From: Tubulanus polymorphus
Taxonomy: Eukaryota; Animalia; Nemertea
Direction of reading: 5' to 3'
DNA: 64,000 nucleotides
Assembly (NCBI RefSeq): GCF_964204645.1
Contig: NC_134034.1
Span: 6,794,914-6,858,913, forward strand
Shown here one piece after another: positions 39,410 through 55,300 of the stretch; the first letter of the stretch is position 1; every line of letters starts with the position of its first letter. The notes beneath the pieces were generated by a model, which ran no database searches, was not told the DNA's origin, and saw nothing but the letters and a program-made list of their open reading frames with translations. A program made the translations under genes and the position numbers.

Positions 39410-41033
39410 CTTTGATTTTGTCGCCCGCGACAATTCATTATTTTGGTTTTTTCACACGTGACAATTCAATATTTTGGTTTTATCGCCAGCGACAATTCAT
39501 TATTTTGGTTTTATCGCTTGCGACAATTCATTATTTTGGTTTTGTCGCCCGCGAAAATTCAATATTTTGGTTTTATCGCCCACGACAATTCACTACTTTG
39601 GTTTTATCGCCAGCGACAATTCATTATTTTGGTTTTGTCGCCCGCGACAATTCTTCTTTTTGGTTTTATCGCCCGCGACAATTCATTATTTTGGTATTAT
39701 ATTTTGTTTTTGTCGCCCGCGACAATTTTTTGTTTTGTTTTTGTCGCCCGCGAAAATTCAATATTTTGGTTTTATCGCCCGCGATAATTCATTATTTTGG
39801 TTTTGTCGCCCGAGACAATTCATTATTTTGGTTTTATCGCCGGCGACAATTCATTATTACGGTTTTATCGCCCGCGACAACTCATTATTTTGGTTTTGTC
39901 GCCCGCGACAATTCACCATTTTGGTTTTGTCGCCCGCGACAATTCACCATTTTGGTTTTGTCACCCGCGACAATTCATTATTTTGGTTTTATCGCCCGCG
40001 ACAATTCATTATTTTGGTTTTGTCGCCCCGACAATTCATTAGTTTGGTTTTGTCGCCCGCGACAATTCAATATTTTGGTTTTGTCGCCCGCGACAATTCA
40101 GTATTTTGGTTTTATCGCCCGCGACAATTCATTACTTTAGTTTTATCTCCAGCGACAATTCATTATTTTGGTTTTGTCGCCCGGGACAATTCTTCTTTTT
40201 GGTTTTGTCGCCCGCGACAATTCATTATTTTGGTTTTATATTTTGTTTTAGTTGCCCGCGACAATTCAATATTTTGGTTTTGTTGCCCGCGACAATTCAT
40301 TATTTTGGTTTAGTGGCCCGCGACAATTCAATATTTTGGTTTTATCGCCCGCGATAATTCATTATTTTGGTTTTATCGCCCGCGACAATTCATTATTTTG
40401 GTTTTGTCGCCCGCGAAAATTCAATATTTTGGTTTTATCGCCCACGACAATTCACTACTTTGGTTTTATCGCCAGCGACAATTCATTATTTTGGTTTTGT
40501 CGACCGCGACAATTCAATATTTTGGTTTTGTCGCCTGCGACAATTCATTACTTTGGTTTTATCTCCAGCGACAATTCAATATTTTGGTTTTATCGCCCGT
40601 GATAATTCATTATTTTGGTTTTATCGCCCGCGACAATTCATTATTTTGGTTTTGTCGCCCGAGACAATTCATCATTTTGGTTTTATCGCCCGTGACAATT
40701 CATTATTTTTGTTTTGTCGCCCCCACAATTCTTTTTTTGGTTTTGTCGCTTGCGACAATTCATTAGTTTGGTTTTGTCGCCCGCGACAATTCAATATTTT
40801 GGTTTTATCGCCCACGACAATTCATTACTTTGGTTTTATCTCCAGCGACAATTCATTATTTTGGTTTTATCGCCCGCGACAATTCAATATTTTGGTTTTA
40901 TCGCCCGCGATAATTCATTATTTTGGTTTTATTGCCCGCGACAATTCATCATTTTGGTTTTGTCGCACGAGACAATTCATTATTTTGGTTTTATCGCCCG
41001 CGACAATTCATTATTTTGGTTTTGTCGCCCGAA
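39410..41033 (+). repeat. 31-bp satellite block
   Basis: Same monomer. Confidence 0.95.
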
Positions 41034-42191
41034 GAAAATTTTGAAGACGCTATGATCAATTACCTTGATCTTTCGTTTTATATTTGAATCTACCAAAGGC
41101 CCATCAGCATAAGAAAATTGGGTCGATCTGACTCAAGATGGCCGTCCTATGACCTTTTTAGTGCCCAAAAATGTCAATTTTGGCCAGAATTCTAGGTCTT
41201 GTAGCTTCCTACTGGTTTGCCATTTCTCATTGCAATTGCTGATGGATATTCTTTAGAGAGGGATGTTTTATACCTGGGACAGGTATTTTTGATCAGCCAA
41301 TTATGACGCAATTGGCGGCCATCTTGGTGTCATCAGTACTCATTCGTAGGTGGGAAAAAGTTTTTTCCACAATTAATTGATACCTAAGCATATTGTGTTA
41401 CTATATTCAATTGGAAAGTTGTAGCCCATAACGTGTTCTATGATTTTGGTGAGTTTCAAGGTCATTGGTTTTTGTATGTGGCCATCAGGGGGCGTTGAAT
41501 AATACAATAACTTAGTATCGCTATATTATATTTGTACCAAGGCATATTTTGTTACCATGGTCAATGGCAAAGTTGTAGTTCATGACATCGTCTATGATTG
41601 TGGTGAGTGTTTAAGGACATTAGTTATTCCATATAGTCACCAGGGGGCGTTGAATAGTAGAAAAGCTTAGTTTTTCCTTATTAGATTGGTACCTAGGCAT
41701 AGTTTGTTACCATGATCCATTGCAAAGTTGTAGTTCATGACATCGTCTATGATTGTGGTGAGTTTTTAAGGACATTAGTTATTCCATATAGTCACCAGGG
41801 GGCGCTGAATAGTAGAATGGCTTAGTATTTCCTTATTAGATTGGTACCTAGGCATATTTTGTTACTATGATCAATTGCAAAGTTGTATTTCATGACATGT
41901 ACTACGATTGTGGTGAGTTTTAAGGTCATTGGGTTTTGCATATGGTCACCAGGGGTCATTGAATAGTAGAATAACTTAGTATTTCCATATTAAATTGGTA
42001 ATGAGGCATATTTTGTTATCACAATCAATTACAAAATCATAGCTGCTCACATGCTCTATGATTGTGGTGGGTTTCAAGGTCATTGGTTTTTGTATAATGT
42101 CACTAGAGGGCGTTATGTATTGAAATTGTTAGATTGTTGAGCATTTGAAACCACTGCCCAAGTGAGCATGGTGTCCCTGGACCCCTAGTTT
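41034..42191 (+). mobile_element. HINE-A, 5'-truncated
   Basis: Starts at gaaaattttgaagacgc; intact 3' end; short satellite follows to ~42495. Confidence 0.85.
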
Positions 42192-44015
42192 GGTTTTGTC
42201 GCCCGCGACAATTCATTATTTTGGTTTTGTCGCACGCAACAATTCAATAGTTAGTTTTTGTCGTCCGCGACAATTCATTATTTTGGTTTTATCGCCCGCA
42301 ACAATTCAATATTTTGGTTTTAACGCCCACGACAATTCATTATTGTGGTTTTATCGCCCGCGACAATTCATTATTGTGGTTTTATCGCCCGCGACAATTC
42401 ATTATTTTTGTTTTGTCGCCCGTGACAATTCAATATTTTGGTTTTGTCACCCGCGACAATTCATAATTTTGGTTTTGTCGTCCGTGGTTTTGTCGGAACA
42501 TTAAGTTTTTGGTCGAACAGTGTGTTAAGGTTGTTTTGGAAATTTACTCGGTCTGGTATATTTTGGATTACTGTGTATGTCATTTGTCGGACATTAAACA
42601 GAAGACGACTTAGGATACTACCTTGCGTGACTCCACTAGTTAGACCGTCTCATTCCAAGATGAGGCGTTCCGTTGATTTCGGTTATAAGTTTCCGTTCAG
42701 AGATAACTGCTGTGCCATTTGGGCGACCTATCATTGATACTGTTTCCTAATAGCCTGTTCAGTAATGGCTGATGACGAGCCTTATCAAATGCTTTGTTGA
42801 AATCCACCGTTGAACAGGATTCTAAGACTGTGCAGAAAACCCGTTATCGCTGCTTTGCAGCTATATTTAGGGTTTTCTGTTATTTCACAGAAAACCCTAT
42901 TGATATCCGCGTGATTATTAGGGTTTTCTGTTATTTCACAGAAAACCCTATTGATATCCGCGTGATTATTATTATTATTATTTTCTTCCACACTATTTTT
43001 ACCAAAAGAACATAGGCTTTGTTACCTTACCGCTGTTTCATATACAATCCATATAATATCGTTCAGCTCACTGAGATCTACAAATAGCCCGCGTGTTTTT
43101 TCACGAATCATCGTTACAAAAGCGCTGTCGGGCTGTAAACATCGAAAATTTAGCCCCATTCAATGGGGCGACATGTTTTTCGAGTCGTCATCCCGAAATC
43201 AACCCGCAGGCCGACTGTCACTTCGATAATCAATTCAAGTATAAATGAACTAATTTATTGCCGCAGACTTCACATTCAGTCGCGGTCTTCAAACAGTGAT
43301 TTTAACAATAGCCCATTTTCCTCATCAAATCATATTACCGATACACTGGAAATTTACTACTTTAGATTTTAAAAGCACTGTCGAGCCGTAAACATCGACG
43401 AATCGACGTGTGTTACTACATCGACGTTCCGGGGATGAGCTGCGAGTTTCTCCTCATCATGAGAATCAAATCGAGTACAAATTAATTTATTACTACCAGT
43501 GATTTGGCTGCGGGTTTCAAGGAGTTAGTTTAACAATACCTATTTTTCTTTACCGAATTAACCGTGTATTTACAAAGATAAATCTTTAGTGTACCGGGGA
43601 GTCGTAGGCCTAAACTAAACAGGCCGAAGAGATATGGCGGAGAAAAGCTGTTATGTCGACGAGGTATCAAAATAAAAGAATATATTACTTTATTCGGCCG
43701 CGGGCTTCAACCATTTATCAATACTCTATATTTCCTACAGTACATACCGATCATTGTCAAATGCACAAGGTATTTACTAAATACAAGTATATAACACACT
43801 CCTATCCGTATGCTGGACTCACACTTGACATTCGGAGTAAGCGTTCGCTGTGGGGGAAAGGAGATCGTTCGCTGTGTCGCTTGAAGTGTTTATCGAGTTT
43901 TACGCGACCTTAAGGCTTTAGTATGGTGGCTGATAAGATAAAAAAACACGAATATGCAAATGAGCGCGACATGACGACAAAACGACAAAACTAAAATAAC
44001 GCGAGAAAACAATGA

Positions 44016-47000
44016 TTTTGGTTTTGTCGCCCGCGAAAATTCAATATTTTGGTTTTATCGCCCACGACAATTCACTACTTTGGTTTTATCGCCAGCGACA
44101 ATTCATTATTTTGGTTTTGTCGCCCGCGACAATTCTTCTTTTTGGTTTTGTCGCCCGCGACAATTCATTATTTTAGTTTTATATTTTGTTTTTGTCGCCC
44201 GCAACAATTTTTTTTGGTTTTGTCACCCGCGACAATTCAATATTTTGGTTTTATCGCCTGCGACAATTCAATATTTTGGTTTTATCGCCCGCAACAATTC
44301 ATTATTTTGGTTTTGTCGCCCCGACAATTCTTTTTTTCGCTTTTGTGGCCCGCCACAATTCATTAGTTTGATTTTGTCGCCCGCGACAATTCAATATTTT
44401 GGTTTTGTCGCCCGCGACAATTCAATATTTTGGTTTTATCGCCCACGACAATTCATTACTTTGGTTTTGTCTCCAGCGGCAATTCAATATTTTGGTTTTG
44501 TCGCCCGCGACAATTCATTATTTTGGTTTAATCGCCCGCGACAATTCAATATTTTGGTTTTATCGCCCGCGATAATTCATTATTTTGGTTTTATCGCCCG
44601 CGACAATTCATTATTTTAGTTTTGTCGCCCGAGACAATTCATCATTTTGGTATTATATTTTGTTTTTGTCGCCCGCGACAATTTTTTTTTTGTTTTTGTC
44701 GCCCGCGACAATTCAATATTTTGGTTTTATCGCCCGCGATAATTCATTATTTTGGTTTTGTCGCCCGAGACAATTCATTATTTTGGTTTTATCGCTGGCG
44801 ACAATTCATTATTACGGTTTTATCGCCCGCAACAACTCATTATTTTGGTTTTGTCGCCCACGACAATTCACCATTTTGGTTTTGTCGCCCGCGACAATTC
44901 ACCATTTTGGTTTGTCACCCGCGACAATTCATTATTTTGGTTTTATCGCCCGCGACAATTCATTATTTTGGTTTTGTCGCCCCGACAATTCTTTTTTTGG
45001 TTTTGTCGCCCGCGACAATTCATTAGTTTGGTTTTGTCGCCCGCGACAATTCAATATTTTGGTTTTATCGCCCGCGACAATTCATTACTTTAGTTTTATC
45101 TCCAGCGACAATTCATTATTTTGGTTTTGTCGCCCGGGACAATTCTTCTTTTTGGTTTTGTCGCCCGCGACAATTCATTATTTTGGTTTTATATTTTGTT
45201 TTAGTTGCCCGCGACAATTCAATATTTTGGTTTTGTTGCCCGCGACAATTCATTATTTTGGTTTAGTGGCCCGCGACAATTCAATATTTTGGTTTTATCG
45301 CCCCGACAATTCTTTTTTTGGTTTTGTCGCCCGCGACAATTTATTAGTTTGGTTTTGTCGCTTGCGACAATTCATTATTTTGGTTTTGTCGCCCGCGAAA
45401 ATTCAATATTTTGGTTTTATCGCCCACGACAAATCACCATTTTGGTTTTGTCGCCCGCGACAATTCACCATTTTGGTTTGTCACCCGCGACAATTCATTA
45501 TTTTGGTTTTATCGCCCGCGACAATTCATTATTTTGGTTTTGTCGCCCCGACAATTCTTTTTTTGGTTTTGTCGCCCGCGACAATTCATTAGTTTGGTTT
45601 TGTCGCCCGCGACAATTCAATATTTTGGTTTTATCGCCCGCGATAATTCATTATTTTGGTTTTGTCGCGTGAGAAAATTCATTATTTTGGTTTTATCGCC
45701 CGCGACAATTCATTACTTTAGTTTTATCTCCAGCGACAATTCATTATTTTGGTTTTGTCGCACGGGACAATTCTTCTTTTTGGTTTTGTCGCCCGCGACA
45801 ATTCATTATTTTGGTTTTATATTTTGTTTTAGTTGCCCGCGACAATTCAATATTTTGGTTTTGTTGCCCGCGACAATTCATTATTTTGGTTTAGTGGCCC
45901 GCGACAATTCAATATTTTGGTTTTATCGCCCGCGATAATTCATTATTTTGGTTTTATCGCCCGCGACAATTCATTATTTTGGTTTTGTCACCCGAGACAA
46001 TTCATCATTTTGGTTTTATCGCCCGCGACAATTCATTATTTTGGTTTTGTCCCCCGCGACAATTCACCATTTTGGTTTTGTCGCCTGGACAATTCACCAT
46101 TTTGGTTTTGTCGCCCGCGACGATTCATTATTTTGGTTTTTTCGCCCCCACAATTCTTTTTTTGGTATTGTCGCCCGCGACAATTCATTAGTTTGGTTTT
46201 GTCGCTTGCGACAATTCATTATTTTGGTTTTGTCGCCCGCGAAAATTCAATATTTTGGTTTTATCGCCCACGACAATTCACTACTTTGGTTTTATCGCCA
46301 GCGACAATTCATTATTTTGGTTTTGTCGACCGCGACAATTCTTCTTTTTGGTTTTGTCGCCTGTGACAATTCATTATTTTGGTTTTGTCGCCCGCGACAA
46401 TTCACCATTTTGGTTTTGTCGCCCGCGACAATTCACCATTTTGGTTTTGTCACCCGCGACAATTCATTATTTTGGTTTCATCGCCCGGGACAATTCATTA
46501 TTTTGTTTTATCGCCCGCGACAATTCATTATTTTGGTTTTGTGGCTCCAACAATTCTTTTTTTGGTTTTGTCGCCGGCGACAATTCATTAGTCTGGTTTT
46601 GTCGCCGGCGACAATTCAATATTTTGGTTTTTTCGCCCGCGACAATTCAATATTTTGGTTTTGTCGCCTGCGACAATTCATTACTTTGGTTTTATCTCCA
46701 GCGACAATTCAATATTTTGGTTTTATCGCCCGCGATAATTCATTATTTTGGTTTTATCGCCCGCGACAATTCATTATTTTGGTTTTGTCGCCCGAGACAA
46801 TTCATCATTTTGGTTTTATCGCCCGTGACAATTCATTATTTTTGTTTTGTCGCCCCCACAATTCTTTTCTTGGTTTTGTCGCCTGCGACAATTCATTAGT
46901 TTGGTTTTGTCGCCCGCGACAATTCAATATTTTGGTTTTATCGCCCACGACAATTCATTACTTTGGTTTTATCTCCAGCGACAATTCATTATTTTGGTTT

Positions 47001-47166
47001 TATCGCCCGCGACAGTTCAATATTTTGGTTTTATCGCCCGCGATAATTCATTATTTTGATTTTATTGCCCGCGACAATTCATCATTTTGGTTTTGTCGCA
47101 CGAGACAATTCATTATTTTGGTTTTATCGCCCGCGACAATTCATTATTTTGGTTTTGTCGCCCGAA
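44016..47166 (+). repeat. 31-bp satellite block
   Basis: Same monomer. Confidence 0.95.
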
Positions 47167-48001
47167 GAAAATTTTGAAGACGCTTTGATCAATTACCTTG
47201 ATCTTTCGTTTATATTTGAATCTACCAAAGGCCCATCAGCATAAGAAAATTGGGTCGATCTGACTCAAGATGGCCGTCCTATGACCTTTTTAGTGCCCAA
47301 AAATGTCAATTTTGGCCATAATTCTAGGTCCTGTAGCTTCCTACTGGTTTGCCATTTCTCATTGCAATTGCTGATGGGTATTCCTTAGAGAGGGATGTTT
47401 TATACCTGGGATAGGTATTTTTGATCAGCCAATTATGACGCAATTGGCGGCCATGTTGGTGTCATCAGTACTCATTCGTAGGTGGGAAAAAGTTTTTCCA
47501 CATTAAATCGATACCTAAGCATATTGTGTTACTATATTCAATTGGAAAGTTGTAGCCCATAACGTGTTCTATGATTTTGGTGAGTTTCAAGGTCATTGGT
47601 TTTAGTATGTGGCCATCAGGGGGCGTTGAATAATACAATAACTTAGTATTGCTATATTATATTTGTACCAAGGCATATTTTGTTACCATGATCAATTGCG
47701 AAGTTGTAGTTCATGACATCGTCTATGATTGTGGTGAGTTTTTAAGGACATTAGTTATTCCATATAGTCACCAGGGGGCGTTGAATAGTAGAAAAGCTGA
47801 GTTTTTCCTTATTAGATTGGTACCTAGGCATAGTTTGTTACCATGATCCATTGCAAAGTTGTAGTTCATGACATCGTCTATGATTGTGGTGAGTTTTTAA
47901 GGACATTAGTTATTCCATATAGTCACCAGGGGGCGTTGAATAGTAGAAAAGCTGAGTTTTTCCTTATTAGATTGGTACCTAGGCATAGTTTGTTACCATG
48001 A
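47167..48001 (+). mobile_element. HINE-A fragment truncated at both ends
   Basis: Same 5' breakpoint as 41034 copy. Confidence 0.85.
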
Positions 48002-51000
48002 TATTTTGGTTTTATCGCCCATGACAATTCATTACTTTGGTTTTATCTCCAGCGACAATTCATTATTTTGGTTTTGTTGCCCGCGACAATTCTTGTTTTT
48101 GGTTTTGACGCCCGCGACAATTCATTAATTTCGTTTTATACTTTGTTTTAGTCGCCCGCGACAATTTTTTTTTTTGGTTTTGTCGCCCGCGACAATTCAA
48201 TATTTTGGTTTTGTCGCCTGCGACAATTCATTATTTTAATTTAATCGTCCGGGACAATTCACCATTTTTGTTTTGTCACCCGCGACAATTCTTTTTTTTG
48301 GTTTTGTCGCCCCCACAATTCTTTTTTTGGTTTTGTCGCCCGCGACAATTCATTAGTTTGGTTTTGTCGCCCGCAACAATTCAATATTTTGGTTTTGTCG
48401 CCCGCGAAAATTCAATATTTTGGTTTTATCGCCCACGACAATTCACTACTTTGGTTTTATCGCCAGCGACAATTCATTATTTTGGATTCGTCGACCGCGA
48501 AAATTCTTCTTTTTGGTTTTGTCGCCCGCGACAATTGATTATTTTGGTTTTGTCGCCCGCGACAATTCACCATTTTGGTTTTGTCGCCCGCGACAATTCA
48601 CCATTTTGGTTTTGTCACCCGCGACAATTCATTATTTTGGTTTTATCGCCCGCGACAATTCTTCTTTTTGGTTTTGTCGCCCGGGACAATTCATTATTTT
48701 GGTTTTATACATTGTTTTAGTCGCCCGCGACAATTTTTTTTTTTGGTTTTGTCGCCCGCGACAATTCAATATTTTGGTTTTGTCGTCCGCGACAATTCAA
48801 TATTTTGGTTTTGTCCCTGCGACAATTCATTATTTTAATTTAATCGCCCGCGACAATTCAATATTTTGGTTTTATCGCCCGCGATAATTCATTATTTTGG
48901 TTTTGTCGCGTGAGAAAATTCATTATTTTGGTTTTATCGCCCGCGACAATTCATTATTACTGTTTTATCGCCCGCGACAATTCATTATTTTGGTTTTGTC
49001 GCCCGCGACAATTCATTAATTTGGTTTTATCGCCCGCGACAATTCATTATTTTGGTTTTATCGCCCGCGACAATTCATTATTTTGGTTTTGTCGCCCCGA
49101 CAATTCTTTTTTTGGTTTTGTCGCCCGCGACAATTCAATATTTTGGTTTTGTCACCCGCGACAATTCAATATTTTGGTTTTATCGCCCATGACAATTCAT
49201 TACTTTGGTTTAATCTCCAGCGACAATTCATTATTTTGGTTTCGTTGCCCGCGACAATTCTTGTTTTTGGTTTTGACGCCCGCGACAATTCATTATTTTC
49301 GTTTTATACTTTGTTTTTGTCGCCCGCGACAATTTTTTTTGGTTTTGTCGCCCGCAACAATTCATTATTTTGGATTCATCGCCCGCGACAATTCAATATT
49401 TTGGTTTTATCGCCCGCGATAATTCATTATTTTGGTTTTATCGCCCGCGACAATTCATTATTTTGGTTTTGTCGCCCCGACAATTCTTTTTTGTTGCCCG
49501 CGACAATTCAATATTTCGGTTTTGTTGCCCGTGACAATTCATTATTTTGGTTTTATCGCCCGCGACAATTCAATATTTTGGTTTTATCGCCCGCGATAAT
49601 TCATTATTTTGATTTTGTCGCCCGAGACAATTCATTATTTTCGTTTTATCGCGCGCGACAATTCAATATTTTGTTTTTATCGTCCGCGACAATTCATTAT
49701 TTTGGTTTTGTCGCCCGGGACAATTCATTTTTTTTTGGTTTTATCACTCGCGACAATTAATTATTTTGGTTTTGTCGCCCGCGACAATTCACCATTTTGG
49801 TTTTGTCGCCCGCGACAATTCACCATTTTGGTTTTGTCACCCGCGACAATTCATTATTTTGGTTTTATCGCCCGCGACAATTCTTCTTTTTGGTTTTGTC
49901 GCCCGGGACAATTCATTATTTTGGTTTTATACATTGTTTTAGTCGCCCGCGACAATTTTTTTTTTTGGTTTTGTCGCCCGCGACAATTCAATATTTTGGT
50001 TTTGTCGTCCGCGACAATTCAATATTTTGGTTTTGTCCCTGCGACAATTCATTATTTTAATTTAATCGCCCGCGACAATTCAATATTTTGGTTTTATCGC
50101 CCGCGATAATTCATTATTTTGGTTTTGTCGCGTGAGAAAATTCATTATTTTGGTTTTATCGCCCGCGACAATTCATTATTACTGTTTTATCGCCCGCGAC
50201 AATTCATTATTTTGGTTTTGTCGCCCGCGACAATTCATTAATTTGGTTTTATCGCCCGCGACAATTCATTATTTTGGTTTTAGTGCCCGCGACAATTCAT
50301 TATTTTGGTTTTGTCGCCCCGACAATTCTTTTTTTGGTTTTGTCGCCCGCGACAATTCAATATTTTGGTTTTGTCGCCCGCGACAATTCAATATTTTGGT
50401 TTTATCGCCCATGACAATTCATTACTTTGGTTTAATCTCCAGCGACAATTCATTATTTTGGTTTCGTTGCCCGCGACAATTCTTGTTTTTGGTTTTGACG
50501 CCCGCGACAATTCATTATTTTCGTTTTATACTTTGTTTTTGTCGCCCGCGACAATTTTTTTTGGTTTTGTCGCCCGCAACAATTCATTATTTTGGATTCA
50601 TCGCCCGCGACAATTCAATATTTTGGTTTTATCGCCCGCGATAATTCATTATTTTGGTTTTATCGCCCGCGACAATTCATTATTTTGGTTTTGTCGCCCC
50701 GACAATTCTTTTTTGTTGCCCGCGACAATTCAATATTTCGGTTTTGTTGCCCGTGACAATTCATTATTTTGGTTTTATCGCCCGCGACAATTCAATATTT
50801 TGGTTTTATCGCCCGCGATAATTCATTATTTTGATTTTGTCGCCCGAGACAATTCATTATTTTCGTTTTATCGCGCGCGACAATTCAATATTTTGTTTTT
50901 ATCGTCCGCGACAATTCATTATTTTGGTTTTGTCGCCCGGGACAATTCATTTTTTTTTGGTTTTATCACTCGCGACAATTAATTATTTTGGTTTTGTCGC

Positions 51001-51167
51001 CCGCGACAATTCATTATTTTGGTTTTATCGCCCGCGACAATTCATTAGTTTGGTTTTATCGCCCGCGACAATTCATTAGTTTGGTTTTGTCGCCCGCGAC
51101 AATTCATTATTTTGGTTTTATCACCCGCGACAATTCATTAGTTTGGTTTTGTCGCCCGCGACAATTC
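48002..51167 (+). repeat. 31-bp satellite block with 1222-bp internal duplication
   Basis: Identical or near-identical ORF translations offset by 1222 (48575/49797, 48910/50132, 49083/50305). Confidence 0.95.
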
Positions 51168-52318
51168 TTTTTCAGTCCACTTGGGACTTTAGTCCCAGCG
51201 GGCTATTGTGTTCACTTTTCGTCCGTCCGTCCCTCCATAGACGGAATCCAGTTATTTTGGGAAGTTTTGAAGACGCTTCAAGGTAATGTCTTGATATTTG
51301 GTTTATACATGTATCTACCCTAGACACATCGTCAGCCCAAAAACAGGCCCTGTCAGATTCAAGATGGCCGACTGGCAGCCATTGTTGTTTGCCAAAATCA
51401 GCACTTTTTGAACATTTTCGAAGTTTTCGTGGGAAATTTTGAAGACGCTTCGATCAATTACCTTGATCTTTCGTTTATATTTGAATCTACCAAAGGCCCA
51501 TCAGCATAAGAAAATTGGGTCGATCTGACTCAAGATGGCCGTCCTATGACCTTTTTAGTGCCCAAAAATGTCAATTTTGGCCAGAATTCTAGGTCACGTA
51601 GCTTCCTACTGGTTTGCCATTTCTCATTGCAATTGCTGATGGGTATTCTTTAGAGAGGGATGTTTTATACCTGGGACAGGTATCTTTGATCGGCCAATTA
51701 TGACGCAATTGGCGGCCATCTTGGTGACATCAGTACTCATTCGTAGGTGGGAAAAAGTTTTTCCACATTAAATTGATACCTAAGCATATTGTGTTACTAT
51801 ATTCAATTGGAGAGTTGTAGCCCATAACGTGTTCTATGATTTTGGTGAGTTTCAAGGTCATTGGTTTTTGTATGTGGCCATCAGGGGGCGTTGAATAATA
51901 CAATAACTTAGTATTGCTATATTTGTACCAAGGCATATTTTGTTACCATGATCAATTGCAAAGTTGTAGTTCATGACATCGTCTATGATTGTGGTGAGTT
52001 TTTAAGGACATTAGTTATTCCATATAGTCACCAGGGGGCGTTGAATAGTAGAATGGCTTAGCATTTCCTTATTAGATTGGTACCTAGGCATATTTTGTTA
52101 CTATGATTTTTTAGTATTTCCATATTAAATTGGTAACGAGGCATATTTTGTTATCACAATCAATTACAAAATCATAGCTGCTCACATGTTCTATGATTGT
52201 GGTGGGTTTCAAGGTCATTGGTTTTTGTATATGGTCACTAGAGGGCGTTATGTAATGAAATTGTTGAGCATTTTTAACCACTGCCCAAGTGAGCATGGTG
52301 TCCCTGGACCCCTAGTTT
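51168..52318 (+). mobile_element. HINE-A with internal deletion; 3'-end fragments repeated at 52823-52950 and 55081-55208
   Basis: Both termini present, three repeat cores. Confidence 0.85.
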
Positions 52319-55300
52319 GGCTTTGTCGCCCGCGACAATTCATTATTTTGGTTTTGTCGCACGCAACGATTCAATAGTTTGTTTTTGTCGTCCGCGACAA
52401 TTCATTATTTTGGTTTTATCGCCCGCAACAATTCAATATTTTGGTTTTAACGCCCGCGACAATTCATTATTGTGGTTTTATCGCCCGCGACAATTCATTA
52501 TTTTGGTTTTATCGCCCGCGACAATTCATTATTTTTGTTTTGTCGCCCGTGACAATTCAATATTTTGGTTTTGTCACCCGCGACAATTCATAATTTTGGT
52601 TTTGTCACCCGTGGTTTTGTCGGAACATTAAGTTTTTGGTCGAACAGTGTGTTAAGGTTGTTTTGGAAATTTACTCGGTCTGGTATATTTTGGATTACTG
52701 TGTATGTCATTTGTCAGGACATTAAACAGAAGACGACTTAGGATACTACCTTGCGTGACTCCACTAGTTAGACCGTCTCATTCCAAGATGAGGCGTTCCG
52801 TTGATTTCGGTTACAAGTTTCCGTGGTGGGTTTCAAGGTCATTGGTTTTTGTATATGGTCACTAGAGGGCGTTATGTAATGAAATTGTTAGATTGTTGAG
52901 CATTTTTAACCACTGCCCAAGTGAGCATGGTGTCCCTGGACCCCTAGTTTGGCTTTGTCGCCCGCGACAATTCATTATTTTGGTTTTGTCGCACGCAACG
53001 ATTCAATAGTTTGTTTTTGTCGTCCGCGACAATTCATTATTTTGGTTTTATCGCCCGCAACAATTCAATATTTTGGTTTTAACGCCCGCGACAATTCATT
53101 ATTGTGGTTTTATCGCCCGCGACAATTCATTATTTTGGTTTTATCGCCCGCGACAATTCATTATTTTTGTTTTGTCGCCCGTGACAATTCAATATTTTGG
53201 TTTTGTCACCCGCGACAATTCATAATTTTGGTTTTGTCACCCGTGGTTTTGTCGGAACATTAAGTTTTTGGTCGAACAGTGTGTTAAGGTTGTTTTGGAA
53301 ATTTACTCGGTCTGGTATATTTTGGATTACTGTGTATGTCATTTGTCAGGACATTAAACAGAAGACGACTTAGGATACTACCTTGCGTGACTCCACTAGT
53401 TAGACCGTCTCATTCCAAGATGAGGCGTTCCGTTGATTTCGGTTACAAGTTTCCGTTCAGAGATAACTGCTGTGCCATTTGGGCGACCTATCATTGATAC
53501 TGTTTCCTAATAGCCTGTTCAGTAATGGCTGATGTTGAGTCTTATCAAATGCTTTGTTGAAATCCACCGTTGAACAGGATTCTAAGACTGTGCAGAAAAC
53601 CCGTTATCGTTGCTTTGCAGCTATATTTATTATTATTTTCTTCCACACTATTTTTACCAAAAGAACATAGGCTTTGTTACCTTAACGCTGTTTCATATAC
53701 AATCCATATAATATCGTTCAGCTCACTGAGATCTACAAATAGCCCGCGTGTTTTTTCACGAATCATCGTTACAAAAGCGCTGTCGTGCCGTAAACATCGA
53801 AAATTTAGCCCCATTCAATGGGGCGACATGTTTTTCGAGTCGTCATCCCGAAATCAACCCGCAGGCCGACTGTCACTTCGATTATCAATTCAAGTATAAA
53901 TGTACTAATTTATTGCCGCAGACTTCAAATTCAGTCGCGGTCTTCAAACAGTGATTTTAACAATAGCCCATTTTCCTCATCAAATCATATTACCGATTCA
54001 CTGGAAATTTACTACTTTAGATTTTAAAAGCACTTTCGAGCCGTAAACATCGACGAATCGACGTGTGTTACTACATCGTCGTTCCGGGTATCAGCTGCGA
54101 GTTTCTCCTCATCATGAGAATCAAATCGAGTACAAATTAATTTATTACTACCAGTGATTTGGCTGCGGGTTTCAAGGAGTTAGTTTAACAATACCTATTT
54201 TTCTTTACCGAATTAACCGTGTATTTACTAAGATAAATCATAAGTGTACCGGGGAGTCGTAGGCCTAAACTAAACACGCCGAAGAGATATAGCGGAGAAA
54301 AGCTGTTATGTCGACGAGGTATCAAAATAAAGAAATATATTACTTTATTCGGCCGCGGCCCTCTATATCAATACCATCAATACTCTATATTTCCTACAGT
54401 ACATACCGATCATTGTCGAATCCACAAGGTATTTACTAAATACAAGTATATAACACACTCCTATCCGTATGCTGGACTCACACTTGACATTCGGAGTAAG
54501 CGTTCGCTGTGGGGGAAAGGAGATCGTTCGCTGTGTCGCTTGAAGTGTTTATCGAGTTTTACGCGACATTAAGGCTTTAGTATGGTGGCTGATAAGATAA
54601 AAAAAACACGAATATGCAAATGAGGGCGACATTACGACAAAACTAAAATAACGCGAGAAAACAATGATTTTGGTTTTGTCACACGTGACAATTCAATATT
54701 TTGGTTTATCGCCCGCGACAATTCATTATTTTGGTTTTGTCGCCCCGACAATTCATTATTTTGGTTTTATCGCCCGCGACAATTCATTATTTTTGTTTTG
54801 TCGCCCGTGACAATTCAATATTTTGGTTTTGTCACCCGCGACAATTCATAATTTTGGTTTTGTCACCCGTGGTTTTGTCGGAACATTAAGTTTTTGGTCG
54901 AACAGTGTGTTAAGGTTGTTTTGGAAATTTACTCGGTCTGGTATATTTTGGATTACTGTGTATGTCATTTGTCAGGACATTAAACAGAAGACGACTTAGG
55001 ATACTACCTTGCGTGACTCCACTAGTTAGACCGTCTCATTCCAAGATGAGGCGTTCCGTTGATTTCGGTTACAAGTTTCCGTGGTGGGTTTCAAGGTCAT
55101 TGGTTTTTGTATATGGTCACTAGAGGGCGTTATGTAATGAAATTGTTAGATTGTTGAGCATTTTTAACCACTGCCCAAGTGAGCATGGTGTCCCTGGACC
55201 CCTAGTTTGGCTTTGTCGCCCGCGACAATTCATTATTTTGGTTTTGTCGCACGCAACGATTCAATAGTTTGTTTTTGTCGTCCGCGACAATTCATTATTT